DNA of 61,504 nucleotides, filler included, from It is 10 parts of 10 records of this genome, joined end to end, with 100 filler letters (N's around TTAATTAATTAA, not from the genome) between each part and the next. Parts side by side here need not be neighbours in the genome. Positions count along the whole stretch, not along the records: positions 57,983 to 61,504 come from SRR15195285_7368; 9 more parts are not named here. One strand, 5' to 3'. Shown piece by piece: positions 58,191 to 61,504 of this stretch (position 1 is its first letter; each line of letters starts with the position of its first letter). The notes under the pieces were generated by a model. It saw only the letters and a program-made list of their open reading frames with translations, ran no database searches and was not told where the DNA came from. The position numbers and the translations under genes were made by a program.

Positions 58191-60099
58191 GTGGCGGTGG
58201 CTCCTGGGGTGTCTGACGCGGCGAGCAACTGCACGAACTCGCTCGCGACGAACTACAACGCAAACTGCACGCTGCCTGCCTGCACCGACGACGGGAGCTG
58301 CGTCTACCCGAATGACCCGCACAGGTGCCCGGACAATGCGCAGCGCAACGTGGCGGTGCGAGTCAAGGTGACGAACGCCGATTTAGAGATGGAGTGGGCG
58401 ATCGATGGCCAGTTTATGAGCCCGCATTCGTACGGGCCTTTCAGCAACTTCGGCAGCGGGGGCGCCGAAATGGTCCTCTGTATGGACGGCGGGAGTGGTT
58501 CGGACGGGATGGACCACAGGTTTCAATACCGAGGTGGCGGCGAGGGGTCCGTGCAGATTGAGGGCCTCGAGGCAGCTGCTTGCCCGCAGGCCGGGATGGA
58601 GAGCTGCGTGTTGATGGGTGATCAGCGCTTCGATCCGCAAGACGGGGACATAGGGGTCAACTTCCACGTCGGGCTGGCCCCTGCGCCGCCACCGATTGAC
58701 CCGCAGGCTGAGTGCTCCATGAAGTACGTGAATGCCTACATGACCTTCATGCCAGGCAACACTTGCGACGGGTCGGCGCCATGCACGACAGCTTGTCAGG
58801 AACTGATCACCGACGTACTGCGTTCTTGCCGGAATAATACGTATGCGGGAGGTTCCCCGCCCACATGCATCAATAACAAGGGCAGTGGCGTGGTCTGCGA
58901 GCTCAGCAGCGACGAGAAATCCTGCAAAACAACCAGCCAGGACTGCACGTACACAGAGCACGGCCCGGCTCAAACATTTGACGAGAACGCTGTCGAAGGG
59001 TTCCAGAAGATGGGCCCAGCAGACTGCGATTACTCTCTCGGTTACGAGGTGCGCATGCATTGCCTACCGTCAACCAACCCGTTCTTTTCGTACCACTCGC
59101 TTGCTGGTATAAAGTGCACACCCGGTGCCTTCGCCGCGCGCAGTCGTGCGAAGACGGTGAGTGCACACTGCCGAACTTCAACAACCAGCACGGCACATTC
59201 GCTGGGCTGTCTCAGTGCATGGCGATGCGCTTCGGGCACCCAGAGTGGTCGGATTGCTCCCTGGAATGCGAGCAGCAGTTCGACTCAGTCACCTCCAAGT
59301 GCGGCGACTGCCACGACCCTACGGTCATCGAGTTCCTTACAGCCGCGGCTGCTGGACTCGGGAAGTGTGCATCTTGTGGCGCGGGCACTGCAGAATCGGT
59401 GCGGGCAGCATGCTGCCCAAGTGGGAATGGTTGCAACAGCTTCGGCGAACCGGCGGATTGCGACGAAGAGTGCAAAGCGGCGGTGACTGCTGCCGGTACG
59501 CTCGCAACGGCATGGCCGCTGTTTTCATGTGACAACACGAACACACAACGTTTCTTAAAGAGCGGCTTGCTGTGACAGGGGGGGCCGATGCTTGCCCGGA
59601 GTACTTTTTGAAGAACGCGTACACACAGGGAACCTACGTGGACTGCGCAGGCAACAGCCTCGAAGATCTACGCAAAAATCTTGCACTGAAGCATGCCTCC
59701 CGACACCACGGCGACAACTCGCCTGCGAAAGACAATGGTTGTCACGGGGCGTGTGTGCTGGCAATGGTACTTGGGGGCGTGGTACTTGTGGGCGCGGTCA
59801 TGTACCAGCTTTGTAAGTCTGCGTTCACTCCCTTTCGCGTCTAATAGAGTTGTAACACCGTCAAACGAGGCAAGTTGGGCTGGTCGATGTCGATGCTGAT
59901 ATGGCATGTGTGCGCTTGGTTGGTGCCCTCCCTTGCAACTCGCGTTTCACCAGGCACATACAAGAAGGAGAGGAAAGAGTTTGCTCGTGATTCGTTGGCG
60001 TTTGCGCGTGATCCTTCGATCTACGACGTTGCCCCTCAGCTTGGCCGAGGTAGCAACATCCAAAGCGACGCCGATGGCGGCAGGATATCGGCTTCATGA
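58191..60099 (+). CDS. Cys-rich single-pass membrane protein, multi-exon, 5' partial
   Basis: Acceptor aacag at 58190. Cys-rich ectodomain; TM segment VLAMVLGGVVLVGAVMY; spliced cytoplasmic tail CTYKKERKEF..ISAS ending at 60099. Confidence 0.65.
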
Positions 60100-60119
60100 G
60101 CAGATGCCTTCAGGACCAA

Positions 60120-60167
60120 TGCACCATATAGATTGAGTGGATGTGCACCATATAAATTGAGCGGATG
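60120..60167. repeat. 24-nt tandem duplication between convergent genes
   Basis: TGCACCATATAGATTGAGTGGATG / TGCACCATATAAATTGAGCGGATG (2 mismatches). Confidence 0.85.
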
Positions 60168-60269
60168 TGCCTGAGCTACTCGCTTTCTGAGCCTCGAGAA
60201 GACTTCTTGACTAGAGCTCTTGGCGCAGTTGGAGACAAACATGTATTTTTTAGTGGTCGCATCTCGCGC

Positions 60270-61504
60270 TCAGTTACCATGACCACTGCCCCGAGCTCTG
60301 ATTTCAGCAATCTCTGCCTCCAATGCCGCCTTCCTTCGTGCCAGCTCAGCGACGTGATCTGTGCGCCGCAGTTGAGTCTCAGGCTGGTGGCTGACAGTAC
60401 CACCTGCTGGTGTCGCGAGGGGGGCTTGCAGCCAGCACTGTTGATCTTGTGTGCTGCTCTCCTGCTGCTGCCGCTGTGCTTGCGGTTGAGATGATTGCTT
60501 TTGGTGAGCTCTAACGACAGGTCGTGGCCGCGCCACACCGTGGCGGACGAAAGCAGCATGTAGCTCTGTGTGATCCTCAACGCTGCTTCCAACTTCGCCA
60601 GCACTTTCGCCTCGACCGCCTGCTTTCGCTGCTGCTGCAAAGAAGCTGCGCGTGTCGACCTCCATCGTCCACGCGTGCCTGACATGTGCATCAACTTCAT
60701 CCACTGTTGCCATCGGACTGCAGCCACTGCTGTAGCCATAAACCCCACTTCTGTTGTAGCCTTGGCTGGGCGGCAAGGTTGGACTTTGGTGGATCACAAA
60801 TCGATGATCTAACGGCCGAGCGATCCCTAGTGCGGTGCGGACGCCAGTCGAAGAGTTATCGTAACAGTAGTTGCGACGCTGACCCAGCCGTCCAGGTTTC
60901 CACTGAACGAACAGCAAACCCACTCCAATTTCCTCTACAGGACTACGAAGAGCTGCTTCCGAGAGTGTAAGCGCAGGGGGAACTGCAGCCTGTCTGTTGC
61001 TCCACAATTCATTTGGACGAATGAGCCGCTCGTCTTTGCCATCCCTAGTGCCTGCCCGAACAGGTGCTGGCTCATTCTCTGGCTCCGGCTGAGGTTCCGC
61101 AACTATTTTCGTGGCACTCGGATATAGTGTCCAGTCAAACAGTACGTAGCGGTATTCTTCTGTAGTCAATCGGAACTCGTTTCCTTCACCCTTAACCAAA
61201 CTAGAACCCTCCGAAAGAGGCGTCTCACCAAACAGCGACACCCAGTCTTCATGCTGCTTGGCCTGTACCTCAGGCCACCCGACGACGGTCCGCGCCTCGG
61301 CCCGTGGCTCTGCATGCTCGACAACCAACCGGTCGAACTCTACTGTGGGGAAGGAGTCATACTCACCCTCAGCTGTGTAGCTGCGCAACATCGCCTCGTC
61401 GTACGCACCCTCTCGAGAAAGCAGCTCCGTCTCCTCCGGGGTCTGTGGCATGGACCGCTCAAATCGAAGGACCACGTAGCGAAACGCGAGGGATGACCGT
61501 AGTC
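60270..61504 (-). CDS. Hypothetical protein with C-terminal coiled coil; 5' partial
   Basis: ORF of about 400 aa with an EPQPEPENEP linker and terminal ELARRKAALEAEIAEIRAR. No family recognised. Confidence 0.55.
   Translation of the reverse strand, partial: LRSSLAFRYVVLRFERSMPQTPEETELLSREGAYDEAMLRSYTAEGEYDSFPTVEFDRLVVEHAEPRAEARTVVGWPEVQAKQHEDWVSLFGETPLSEGSSLVKGEGNEFRLTTEEYRYVLFDWTLYPSATKIVAEPQPEPENEPAPVRAGTRDGKDERLIRPNELWSNRQAAVPPALTLSEAALRSPVEEIGVGLLFVQWKPGRLGQRRNYCYDNSSTGVRTALGIARPLDHRFVIHQSPTLPPSQGYNRSGVYGYSSGCSPMATVDEVDAHVRHAWTMEVDTRSFFAAAAKAGGRGESAGEVGSSVEDHTELHAAFVRHGVARPRPVVRAHQKQSSQPQAQRQQQESSTQDQQCWLQAPLATPAGGTVSHQPETQLRRTDHVAELARRKAALEAEIAEIRARGSGHGN

Noticed and set aside
1-61504. 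tRNA, rRNA, transposase, reverse transcriptase or viral hallmark genes
   Set aside because: None recognised by eye. tRNAscan-SE, Infernal and HMM searches would be needed to exclude small or divergent ones.

Overview
This is not one locus. It is ten short eukaryotic contigs (1-8140, 8241-13896, 13997-21595, 21696-25350, 25451-31384, 31485-36459, 36560-40664, 40765-44749, 44850-57882, 57983-61504) joined by artificial 100-nt spacers (N44-TTAATTAATTAA-N44), so adjacency across spacers means nothing. The DNA is GC-rich and gene-dense, with short (about 70-190 nt) GT-AG introns and one GC-AG intron. It comes from a flagellated protist (CFAP69 is present). A picozoan origin is plausible but is only my inference. 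I rebuilt about 22 gene models by hand-splicing the ORF track. They include a C2-PH/GRAM-myotubularin-PX phosphatase, an amino-acid transporter, a cNMP-gated channel tail, an ankyrin-kinase-TIR-TIR protein with a frameshift in an A9 run, and a multi-pass membrane protein with two tandem ADP-ribosyltransferase-like (HYD1-type) modules plus EF-hands. Also present are two GH141-like beta-helix proteins, an SGNH hydrolase, a LOTUS-SPRY protein, UBXN7, a myosin-VI-like motor, CFAP69, an EGF-repeat protein, a Myb/SANT-RavA AAA+ fusion and a YfcE-type phosphoesterase. The most interesting signals are: (i) homologous ~100-nt introns in unrelated genes (an introner-like family); (ii) two candidate NAD-consuming signalling or immune proteins with unusual architectures; (iii) a myosin carrying both class VI-type inserts; (iv) GTAC clusters at gene 5' ends. 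All domain calls come from motif recognition by eye and were not confirmed by any search.
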